A program made the translations under genes and the position numbers. From sequence record OM386662.1: a stretch of 64,000 nt of DNA. One strand, given 5' to 3'. The stretch comes from Escherichia phage vB_EcoM_ESCO47. The notes under the pieces were generated by a model, which had not been told where the DNA came from, made no database searches, and saw nothing but the letters and a program-made list of their open reading frames with translations. Of this stretch, positions 18,709-26,722 are shown piece after piece. The first letter of the stretch is position 1. Every line of letters starts with the position of its first letter.

Positions 18709-19074
18709 ATGAATACCGAGATTATTGAAAGCGCTGAACATAAATTGGCTAAAGAATTTGAAGAAATTCGTGAAGCCGAAAACAAAGAAGCCGAAGATAA
18801 AGTAGCCAAAATGCTACAAGAAATCCAAAAGAAAAATGAAGCTGAAGCCGCTAAGAAAGCCGAAAAGATTCTTAAAAAGAATCGCGGTGAACTCAACCGT
18901 CTTTATGCTCATGCGCAAGAAGCTGCAATTCAAAATAACTTCGAAGCTTATGAATACGCTATTAAAAAATCTCGTGATATTCTGCGTCAACCTTACACCG
19001 ACGAATTGATTAAAATTCAGTGGGTTACCACTCGTCAGGCTATTGAGGATATCATTAATGGCATTAGTAAATAA
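18709..19074 (+). CDS. Coiled-coil protein
   Basis: 121 aa, charged E/K/A-rich. Confidence 0.45.
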   Translation: MNTEIIESAEHKLAKEFEEIREAENKEAEDKVAKMLQEIQKKNEAEAAKKAEKILKKNRGELNRLYAHAQEAAIQNNFEAYEYAIKKSRDILRQPYTDELIKIQWVTTRQAIEDIINGISK

Positions 19075-19258
19075 ACCATTTAAACGGCTTCTAGTAGGAG
19101 CCGCTTTTAGACTTCGCTCTTATGGTGATATTTGTATCAAGCAGTCCGAAACCGAATACAAAATGATTGGACGTACGTCTGATGGTATTTTTCAGATTGA
19201 GCCTGTAGCGAAGGTATGGGTAGATTCACATCAACTTAAAAAATGGTGGCAGCGTTGA
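19058..19258 (+). CDS. Hypothetical protein
   Basis: ORF-track 19043..19258; internal ATG 19058 more plausible. Confidence 0.3.
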   Translation: MALVNKPFKRLLVGAAFRLRSYGDICIKQSETEYKMIGRTSDGIFQIEPVAKVWVDSHQLKKWWQR

Positions 19259-19267
19259 ATAATTTAA

Positions 19268-19293
19268 AGGAAGCACTAGTGCTTCCTTTTTTT
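19268..19293 (+). terminator. Rho-independent terminator
   Basis: AGGAAGCAC-TA-GTGCTTCCT then TTTTTT. Confidence 0.6.
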
Positions 19294-19317
19294 GCTTTCT
19301 ATACGGGATGATAGAAT
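19293..19317 (+). promoter_or_regulatory. MotA-box middle promoter upstream of gene 47
   Basis: TGCTTTC then 19 nt to TAGAAT; shares GGATGATAGAAT with the gene 39 promoter. Confidence 0.45.
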
Positions 19318-19341
19318 GAATTATCTTAATGAGGAAATGAT

Positions 19342-20361
19342 ATGAAAATTTTGCAATTAGGTGACTTCCATATCGGGGTCAAACAAGACGACCCATGGGT
19401 TCAAGATATTCAGCGTGACGGCATTCGACAAGCAATTGAGTATTCTAAGAAAAACGGAATTAACACATGGATTCAATATGGTGATTGGTTTGATGTCCGT
19501 AAAGCAATAACACATCGCACAATGGAATTTAACCGTGAACTGGTCAACATGATTACTAAAGCTGGTATTCGTGTCCATGTAACTATCGGGAATCATGACA
19601 TTGCGTTCAAGAATACAATAACACCAAATACGGTTTCTGAACTACTTACCCAATTTGAAAACTTTACAATCTATGAACATCCAACTACAGTAGATTTCGA
19701 CGGTTGTCTTATTGATATTATTCCATGGATGTGTGAAGAGAATACAGGCGAAATCTTAGAACATATCAAAACGAGTTCAGCCGCGTATTGTGTTGGGCAC
19801 TGGGAACTGAATGGCTTTTATTTCTATAAAGGAATGAAGTCTCATGGGCTTGAACCTGATTTCTTAAAGACTTATAAACAAGTCTGGTCCGGCCACTTCC
19901 ACACAATCTCTGAAGCTGCTAACGTCAAATATATTGGGACACCATGGACCCTTACTGCAGGTGATGAGAATGATCCTCGCGGATTCTGGGTATTTGACAC
20001 TGATGTTGAACGTATGGAATTTATTCCTAATGAAACAACATGGCATCGACGAATCACTTATCCGTTTAAAGGCAAAATCAATTATTCTGATTATACTAAT
20101 CTAGCCGTACGTGTTATAGTATCAGAAATTGATTCAGAGTTGACTAAGTTTGAATCTGAACTTGAAAAAGTAGTTCACTCTCTTCGTATGGTTTCTAAAG
20201 TTGATAACAGTGTTGAATCTGATGACGACCAGGAAATCGAGATTAAATCACTTCAAGATATCATTAAAGAATATATTGACGCGATTCCAGATATCTCGGA
20301 CGAAGACAGAGAAGCGCTGGTCAAATATTCCAACGAACTTTATATTGAGGCAACACAATGA
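19342..20361 (+). CDS. 47: Recombination nuclease subunit gp47 (Mre11-like)
   Basis: 339 aa; MKILQLGDFH, GNHD phosphoesterase motifs. Confidence 0.85.
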   Translation: MKILQLGDFHIGVKQDDPWVQDIQRDGIRQAIEYSKKNGINTWIQYGDWFDVRKAITHRTMEFNRELVNMITKAGIRVHVTIGNHDIAFKNTITPNTVSELLTQFENFTIYEHPTTVDFDGCLIDIIPWMCEENTGEILEHIKTSSAAYCVGHWELNGFYFYKGMKSHGLEPDFLKTYKQVWSGHFHTISEAANVKYIGTPWTLTAGDENDPRGFWVFDTDVERMEFIPNETTWHRRITYPFKGKINYSDYTNLAVRVIVSEIDSELTKFESELEKVVHSLRMVSKVDNSVESDDDQEIEIKSLQDIIKEYIDAIPDISDEDREALVKYSNELYIEATQ

Positions 20362-20615
20362 CTTTAGATGAATTTAACAATGCTGGACTCAGGCTTGAAG
20401 TTGAAATGGACGTTAAAGATGATGATGGATTCGAGAACACTATCAAGTATTGGATTGAGCCATTACGCGTTGAAGGCAATGAAGTTAAAGCAGTTCATGT
20501 CTGCACCGACTGGGCTATTGAATTTAGCTTTAATATAATGGACGACGATACTCCTGGCTCTATTCTTAAAATGGCTGAAGCATGTATCAAGGATGCGTAT
20601 AATGACGAAGACTGA
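20358..20615 (+). CDS. Hypothetical acidic protein
   Basis: 85-aa ORF, ATGA coupling. Confidence 0.45.
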   Translation: MTLDEFNNAGLRLEVEMDVKDDDGFENTIKYWIEPLRVEGNEVKAVHVCTDWAIEFSFNIMDDDTPGSILKMAEACIKDAYNDED

Positions 20616-20841
20616 TTATGAAATCCATCGTCATGAATTTAGTATTGATGACGGTTATATTGGTGTCGTTGAATGGACTGAGAATTACGAGGAGACAACT
20701 CCTCGTTTCTTTGGAACAATGTATGTTACCTGTGAGTACGCACCGGGTGTTGTTATGTATGCAGAACTAGATGAATATTTTGCTGATAGAGATGACATGT
20801 TAAAATATGTAGAGGACTTCATTCGAAGAGAATACATATGA
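20593..20841 (+). CDS. Hypothetical protein
   Basis: 82-aa ORF. Confidence 0.45.
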   Translation: MRIMTKTDYEIHRHEFSIDDGYIGVVEWTENYEETTPRFFGTMYVTCEYAPGVVMYAELDEYFADRDDMLKYVEDFIRREYI

Positions 20842-22526
20842 AATCATTTAAATTAAATCGTGTTCGTTATAAAAATATAATGTCTGTTGGGCAAAATTTT
20901 ATCGATATCCAATTAGATAAAGTCCAAAAGACCTTAATCACAGGTAAAAATGGTGGTGGTAAATCTACGATGTTAGAAGCCATCACTTTTGGACTTTTCG
21001 GCAAACCATTTCGTGATGTTAAGAAAGGACAAATCATTAATAGCACGAACAAGAAAGAGCTCTTAGTTGAGCTTTGGATGGAATTCGATGATAAAAAATA
21101 CTTCATCAAACGAGGTCAAAAGCCCAATATTTTCGAAATCTCCGTTGACGGTGTTCGTCTCGATGAATCTGCCAGCAGTCGTGACTTCCAAGAAGAATTT
21201 GAACGTAGCATCGGAATGTCCTATGCGTCTTTTAAACAAATCGTCGTTCTTGGTACAGCAGGGTATACCCCTTTCATGGCTCTTAGCACCCCAGCTCGTA
21301 GAAAACTTGTCGAAGACCTTTTAGAAGTCGGCACACTCGCTGAAATGGATAAAATCAATAAGTCTCAAGTTCGCGAACTTAATTCCCGGGGGCAAGTTCT
21401 CGATGCCAAGAAAGATGGTGTTATCCAACAAATTAAGATTTATAATGAGAATATCGAACGTCAAAAGAAATTATCCGGTGATAATGTAGCTCGTCTACAG
21501 AATATGTATGATGACCTGGCTAAAGAAGCTCGGTCATTAAAAGCAGAAATCGAAGAAGCTAATGAGCGACTACTTAATATCGTTCTTGACGAAGACCCTA
21601 CTGAGGCATTCAACAAGATAGGACAAGAAGCATTATTGATTAAATCTAAAATTGACTCATATAACAAAGTTATTAAGATGTATCATGACGGCGGTACATG
21701 TCCTACTTGTGCATCACAGTTGCACCAGGGTGATCCTATTGTCTCTAAGATTACCGATAAGCTTCATGAATGTAATCACTCATTCGAGCAACTTACCTGT
21801 CACAGAGATAATCTGAGTGTCCTAGTGGACGAATATAGAGCTAATGTTAAGACTAAACAGGACCTTGCATCTGATATTCGTACCAAGAAACAAGCAATGA
21901 TTGCCACTATTGATAAAGCTAAGAAAGTTAAAGCTGCAATAGAGCAAGCCTCAGCAGAATTTATCGACCATGCCGATGAGATAGCTTTGCTTCAAAAAGA
22001 ACTTGATAAAATCATTAAAACAAAATCGGATATCGTTCTTGAAAAATACCATCGTGGTATTATCACAGATATGTTAAAAGATTCTGGTATTAAAGGTGCT
22101 ATCATTAAAAAATATGTGCCTCTGTTCAACAAGCAGATTAACCATTACCTTAAAATCATGGAAGCTGATTACGTGTTTTCTATTGATGAAGAATTCAATG
22201 AATCTATAAAATCCCGTGGTCGTGAAGATTTTAGTTATGCTTCATTTAGCCAAGGTGAAAAAGCACGTATTGATATCGCTTTATTGTTCACATGGCGAGA
22301 TATTGCTGAAAAGGTTTCTGGTGTTAGAATCAATACATTAATTATGGACGAAGTCATGGATTCCGCGACTGATTCTGAAGGTATTAAAGCTATTTCAACA
22401 ATTCTTAACTCTCTAACCGATGCAAACGTGTTTATAATTAGTCACAGAGACCATGACCCACAAGCTTATGGACAACATCTTCAAATGAGCAAAGTTGGAC
22501 GATTTACTGTAATGAAAGCCTCTTAA
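20838..22526 (+). CDS. 46: Recombination ATPase gp46 (Rad50/SbcC-like)
   Basis: 562 aa; Walker A GKNGGGKST, CPTC zinc hook, C-terminal LIMDEV Walker B. Confidence 0.9.
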   Translation: MKSFKLNRVRYKNIMSVGQNFIDIQLDKVQKTLITGKNGGGKSTMLEAITFGLFGKPFRDVKKGQIINSTNKKELLVELWMEFDDKKYFIKRGQKPNIFEISVDGVRLDESASSRDFQEEFERSIGMSYASFKQIVVLGTAGYTPFMALSTPARRKLVEDLLEVGTLAEMDKINKSQVRELNSRGQVLDAKKDGVIQQIKIYNENIERQKKLSGDNVARLQNMYDDLAKEARSLKAEIEEANERLLNIVLDEDPTEAFNKIGQEALLIKSKIDSYNKVIKMYHDGGTCPTCASQLHQGDPIVSKITDKLHECNHSFEQLTCHRDNLSVLVDEYRANVKTKQDLASDIRTKKQAMIATIDKAKKVKAAIEQASAEFIDHADEIALLQKELDKIIKTKSDIVLEKYHRGIITDMLKDSGIKGAIIKKYVPLFNKQINHYLKIMEADYVFSIDEEFNESIKSRGREDFSYASFSQGEKARIDIALLFTWRDIAEKVSGVRINTLIMDEVMDSATDSEGIKAISTILNSLTDANVFIISHRDHDPQAYGQHLQMSKVGRFTVMKAS

Positions 22527-23239
22527 TGAGGCTTATGTTTACAGTTATCAAAATGCCAACGATGCATATTAGCAGGGATCCCTATTTTATCGCAATGAGG
22601 ACATTTAATTTTCTTGTCCTCTTTTTTCTTTCTGTTAGGATTTGATTTACAGAATTTTATATGCGGCTTTAACGCCGATAACTTAGTAGTTAAGCCACAA
22701 AACGGGCAAGAATCTTCTTTCCAAATTTTCGTGGCCATGGTTTTAATTATTTTATCCTTTGTTTCTTGATCAAGTTTTACTATTTTAGGCGTAGGGCCTT
22801 GTTTACAGTTATCAAAATGCCAACGTCTCATGTTTCCTTCAGTGCCAGTTAAACCGCAGTGTGGACATGTAATCTTTGGTTTATTTTTTGCAGACTCGGA
22901 CATTTTCTTACGAGTTTCAGCAGTGAATTCTTTGTTCTTTTGAACTTCTTGATTCTTACGTCGAAGCCATCCAAATAATTTGTTTTTGCTTCTATCTGCT
23001 TTAGGAGATGAGATAGTCATCATACGAGCAGCATATATTAAAGAGGCATTATCTGGATGGATTTTTACTAGCAGTTGATGTGCCAAATAATGTTCTTCTG
23101 GTGTTAAATCTACTAAGTTTAAAGCATCATCACTTCCACCTAAACATTGTGGTATAATGTAATGACGTTCTGTATAACCATCTAAACTTCTTGATTTAGC
23201 ATTGGTGATAAGCTTTTCGTATATTGAGTTATAATTCAT
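22523..23239 (-). CDS. Free-standing HNH homing endonuclease with three C-terminal zinc-finger-like repeats
   Basis: HYIIPQCLGGSDDALNLVDLTPEEHYLAHQL HNH motif; three CP(H/F)CG...H(F/I)...CK repeats; only sizeable minus-strand gene in the block. Confidence 0.65.
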   Translation of the reverse strand: MNYNSIYEKLITNAKSRSLDGYTERHYIIPQCLGGSDDALNLVDLTPEEHYLAHQLLVKIHPDNASLIYAARMMTISSPKADRSKNKLFGWLRRKNQEVQKNKEFTAETRKKMSESAKNKPKITCPHCGLTGTEGNMRRWHFDNCKQGPTPKIVKLDQETKDKIIKTMATKIWKEDSCPFCGLTTKLSALKPHIKFCKSNPNRKKKEDKKIKCPHCDKIGIPANMHRWHFDNCKHKPH

Positions 23240-23293
23240 TTACTAAATCCTTATTTGATACAGCAACAGATAAATTGATAAACCTATTTATAT

Positions 23294-23318
23294 TGCTTTA
23301 AACACGGAGATTTATAAT
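23294..23318 (+). promoter_or_regulatory. MotA-box middle promoter upstream of rpbA/45
   Basis: TGCTTTA then 19 nt to TATAAT (23313-23318). Confidence 0.4.
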
Positions 23319-23508
23319 GGCTGAATTTTCAACCGGACAACAACTTCTAGCTGTTCCAGAAATTAAAAAATATGTTCTGACTAATACCTTTTCAGGTGAA
23401 GAACATATTGTTACTGAAGAAATGCTCAAAAATGCTTTTAAAAATGAGTATTATAAAATAATGTCTAATCGTTCAAATGCTTTTATTGTTAGCGACTACT
23501 ATGACTAA
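23317..23508 (+). CDS. Hypothetical protein (45.2 position)
   Basis: 63-aa ORF with GGAGA RBS; its ATG overlaps the predicted -10. Confidence 0.35.
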   Translation: MAEFSTGQQLLAVPEIKKYVLTNTFSGEEHIVTEEMLKNAFKNEYYKIMSNRSNAFIVSDYYD

Positions 23509-23521
23509 AGAGAGAAATAAT

Positions 23522-23938
23522 ATGTTTACTACTGCTAAAGGTTTTACTGCTGCTGATCTGAAAGTTACTTCTATTCGTACTGACGCTAACCCACATAACC
23601 GGAATCGTGTTCGTAAAGCATGGGTCCTGCATTGTGATGATGTAAGCGCTAAGAAACTTCAGTCTCTGCCACAAGAAATTAAATTCATGCTGTATGGTTT
23701 CATTGATAATGATGTTTCCGATAAGTGGATCGAACTAATGCGCAAACATCGTGAAAATGCTATCGCAGCTGGTGGTAAAATGATTCTAGATAAAGATGGT
23801 TCAGAACGATTGGAAGACTTCTATTGTGTAGACTCAAATGACCAACTTATTGCAGCCGGTGAAATTGTAGCTGCTAAGATTCCAGAATATATTGAAACAC
23901 TGCCTGAAGCTATTAAAAAGCAAATGGTTGCTGCATAA
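23522..23938 (+). CDS. rpbA: RNA polymerase-binding protein RpbA
   Basis: Position between 46 and 45 and size as in T4; start chosen at MFTTAKGF. Confidence 0.55.
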   Translation: MFTTAKGFTAADLKVTSIRTDANPHNRNRVRKAWVLHCDDVSAKKLQSLPQEIKFMLYGFIDNDVSDKWIELMRKHRENAIAAGGKMILDKDGSERLEDFYCVDSNDQLIAAGEIVAAKIPEYIETLPEAIKKQMVAA

Positions 23939-23987
23939 TATTTTTGATATAAAATAAACTTCTTGATTTGAATTGAAAGGAAATAAA

Positions 23988-24674
23988 ATGAAACTGACTA
24001 AAGACACCATCGCTATTCTTAAAAACTTTGCTTCCATTAACTCTGGTGTCATGCTTACTCCAGGTAAGTTTATTATGACTCGGGCTATTAACGGAACCAC
24101 ATATGCTGAAGCAACTATTACTGACGAAATTGATTTTGAAGTTGCTCTTTATGACCTTAACAGTTTTTTAAGTATTCTGAGTCTTGTTTCTGATGATGCA
24201 GAAATTTCTATGAATGAAGACGGTAATATTAAAATCGCCGACACTCGTTCTACTGTTTACTGGCCAGCCGCAGACAAGAGTACAATCGTATTCCCTAACA
24301 AACCAATTCAGTTCCCGGTAGCATCGGTTATCACTGAAATTAAAGCTGAAGACCTTCAGCAATTGCTTCGAGTTTCACGTGGACTCCAGATCGATACAAT
24401 TGCTATCACTAATAAAGATGGTAAAATCGTTGTAAATGGTTATAACAAAGTTGAAGACTCTGGTCTTACTCGTCCTAAGTATTCTTTGACTCTGACTGAT
24501 TATGATGGTTCTAATAACTTCAACTTTGTAATCAATATGGCTAACATGAAAATTCAACCAGGCAATTACAAAGTTATGCTCTGGGGAGCTGGTGATAAAG
24601 TTGCAGCCAAGTTCGAAAGCTCTCAAGTTAGTTATGTTATTGCAATGGAAGCTGATTCCACTCACGATTTCTAA
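23988..24674 (+). CDS. 45: Sliding clamp gp45
   Basis: 228 aa from MKLTKDT; same length as T4 gp45. Confidence 0.85.
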   Translation: MKLTKDTIAILKNFASINSGVMLTPGKFIMTRAINGTTYAEATITDEIDFEVALYDLNSFLSILSLVSDDAEISMNEDGNIKIADTRSTVYWPAADKSTIVFPNKPIQFPVASVITEIKAEDLQQLLRVSRGLQIDTIAITNKDGKIVVNGYNKVEDSGLTRPKYSLTLTDYDGSNNFNFVINMANMKIQPGNYKVMLWGAGDKVAAKFESSQVSYVIAMEADSTHDF

Positions 24675-24741
24675 GCTTTACGTTTAATATGTTATGATTT
24701 GGAGGAGAAATCCTCCACTTTTTGATAATGAGGAAAATTAT

Positions 24742-25704
24742 ATGATTACCATCAATTCCAAAGAACACATTCTAGAACAGAAATATCGTCCTTCTTCCAT
24801 TGACGAATGTATTCTGCCTGCGTATGACCATGAAACATTCAAGTCTTTAGTATCTAAAGGAAAACTTCCTCATATTATTTTGCACTCTCCTTCTCCTGGC
24901 ACAGGTAAAACAACCGTAGCAAAAGCATTATGTAATGATATCAATGCAGAAATGATGTTCGTCAACGGTTCTGATTGTAAGATTGATTTTGTGCGTGGCC
25001 CGTTAACTGCATTCGCTCGTTCAGTCTCAATGGAAGGCAAGCCTAAAGTTATTGTTATTGATGAATTTGACCGTAGTGGCCTCGCCGAATCACAACGTCA
25101 CCTTCGTACGTTTATGGAAGAATTCTCTAGTAACTGCTCTATTGTTATTACTGCTAACAACATCGATGGAATTATTGAACCATTACGTAGTCGTTGTCGA
25201 GTTATCGAATTCGGACGTCCAACCGAAGAAGATAAAATCTCAATGATGAAGAAAATGATTCATCGTATGGTTGAAATCTGTAAGAATGAAAATATCGAAA
25301 TCGCTGATATGAAAGTTGTTGCAGCTCTGGTTAAAAAGAACTTCCCGGACTTTCGTCGTACAATCGGTCAATTAGACCAGTACTCGTCTAAAGGTGTTCT
25401 TGATGCTGGTATTTTGTCTATCGTAACTAATGACCGTGGCACGGTCTCTGATGTTATCGAAGCAATGAAGAACAAAGATATCAAACAGCTTCGTGCATTA
25501 GCTCCAAAATACGCTGCAGATTATTCATGGTTCATCGATAAATTAGTTTCAGAATGTTATGACCAAGTTGCACCTGGTAAAAGTATTATTTCGCTTTATG
25601 AAATCGCAGGCGAAAATAATAAGTTTCATGGATTAGCAAGTAATATTGAATTACATGTTATGTATATGCTTCTTCAACTGACCTGTGAACTGACTTGGAA
25701 ATAA
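24742..25704 (+). CDS. 44: Clamp-loader large subunit gp44
   Basis: 320 aa from MITINSKE; Walker [18 protein letters not shown] motif. Confidence 0.85.
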   Translation: MITINSKEHILEQKYRPSSIDECILPAYDHETFKSLVSKGKLPHIILHSPSPGTGKTTVAKALCNDINAEMMFVNGSDCKIDFVRGPLTAFARSVSMEGKPKVIVIDEFDRSGLAESQRHLRTFMEEFSSNCSIVITANNIDGIIEPLRSRCRVIEFGRPTEEDKISMMKKMIHRMVEICKNENIEIADMKVVAALVKKNFPDFRRTIGQLDQYSSKGVLDAGILSIVTNDRGTVSDVIEAMKNKDIKQLRALAPKYAADYSWFIDKLVSECYDQVAPGKSIISLYEIAGENNKFHGLASNIELHVMYMLLQLTCELTWK

Positions 25705-25705
25705 T

Positions 25706-26269
25706 ATGAACTTATTCGATGATGACGTCCGGCTTAACGAGCACCAAATTGCATGGAAGTCTAATGACGCTGATGCGATTCAAAAATGTGCTGATATGTT
25801 TAAAGAAAAACCTGAGAATGAATTCTTTAAAATCATTAATGCTATTAATGAAAAGAAATCTATGTCAATTGCTCAGGTCGACTACTCAAAATTTATGGTT
25901 GAGAACTCATTATCCCAGTTCCCAGAATGTATGCCAGCTGTTTACATGATGAACTTAGTCGGTTCTGAATTAAGTGATGAAGCGCACTTCAACTATATGA
26001 TGGCGGCAATTCCGCGCGGTCGTCGATTCTCTAAATGGGCTAAACTAGTCGAAGACACTTCAGAGTTACTAGTTATCAAACTGTTGATGAAACATTACAC
26101 AATCAACATGAATGATGCTACAGAGTATAAGCGGCTCCTTGAAAAAAATAACAAGTTGCCAATAGTCCTTAAAGAACTGAAGGCCATGGTCACTGATGAA
26201 TTTCTCAAAGAAGTTACCAAAAACGTGAAAGAACAAAAACAATTTAAAAAAATAGCATTGGAATGGTAA
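25706..26269 (+). CDS. 62: Clamp-loader small subunit gp62
   Basis: 187 aa, same as T4 gp62; immediately downstream of 44. Confidence 0.8.
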   Translation: MNLFDDDVRLNEHQIAWKSNDADAIQKCADMFKEKPENEFFKIINAINEKKSMSIAQVDYSKFMVENSLSQFPECMPAVYMMNLVGSELSDEAHFNYMMAAIPRGRRFSKWAKLVEDTSELLVIKLLMKHYTINMNDATEYKRLLEKNNKLPIVLKELKAMVTDEFLKEVTKNVKEQKQFKKIALEW

Positions 26270-26271
26270 AA

Positions 26272-26640
26272 ATGATTGAAATTAAATTGAAGAACCCTGA
26301 AGATTTTCTGAAAGTCAAAGAGACTTTGACCCGTATGGGCATCGCTAATAACAAGGATAAAGTCCTTTACCAGTCTTGTCATATCCTCCAAAAGCAAGGT
26401 AAGTATTATATCGTCCACTTTAAAGAAATGTTGCGTATGGATGGACGTCAGGTTGATATTGACGGTGAAGACTATCAGCGACGTGATTCGATTGCCCAGT
26501 TGCTTGAAGACTGGGGATTGATTGTTATTGAAGACTCTGCTCGTGAAGATCTATTTAGCCTGACTAATAACTTCCGAGTTATCTCTTTTAAACAGAAAGA
26601 TGACTGGACTTTGAAAGCAAAATATACAATTGGTAATTAA
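26272..26640 (+). CDS. regA: Translational repressor RegA
   Basis: 122 aa from MIEIKLKNPEDFLKVKETLTRMGIANNKD, closely matching T4 RegA as I recall it. Confidence 0.85.
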   Translation: MIEIKLKNPEDFLKVKETLTRMGIANNKDKVLYQSCHILQKQGKYYIVHFKEMLRMDGRQVDIDGEDYQRRDSIAQLLEDWGLIVIEDSAREDLFSLTNNFRVISFKQKDDWTLKAKYTIGN

Positions 26641-26645
26641 AGCAA

Positions 26646-26664
26646 TGGGACTTCGGTCCCATTT
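26646..26664 (+). terminator. Rho-independent terminator with TTCG tetraloop
   Basis: TGGGAC-TTCG-GTCCCA then TTT. Confidence 0.55.
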
Positions 26665-26722
26665 GGAGTATAATGTCTATAACAACAAACAAAGACAATA
26701 ACTCGTCTATAAAGGAAAAATA

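Noticed and set aside
22540-22825. 25-nt direct repeat at about 22540 and 22801 considered as mobile-element terminal repeats
   Set aside because: Both copies lie inside the HNH endonuclease CDS and correspond to the duplicated zinc-finger module, so this is a domain duplication
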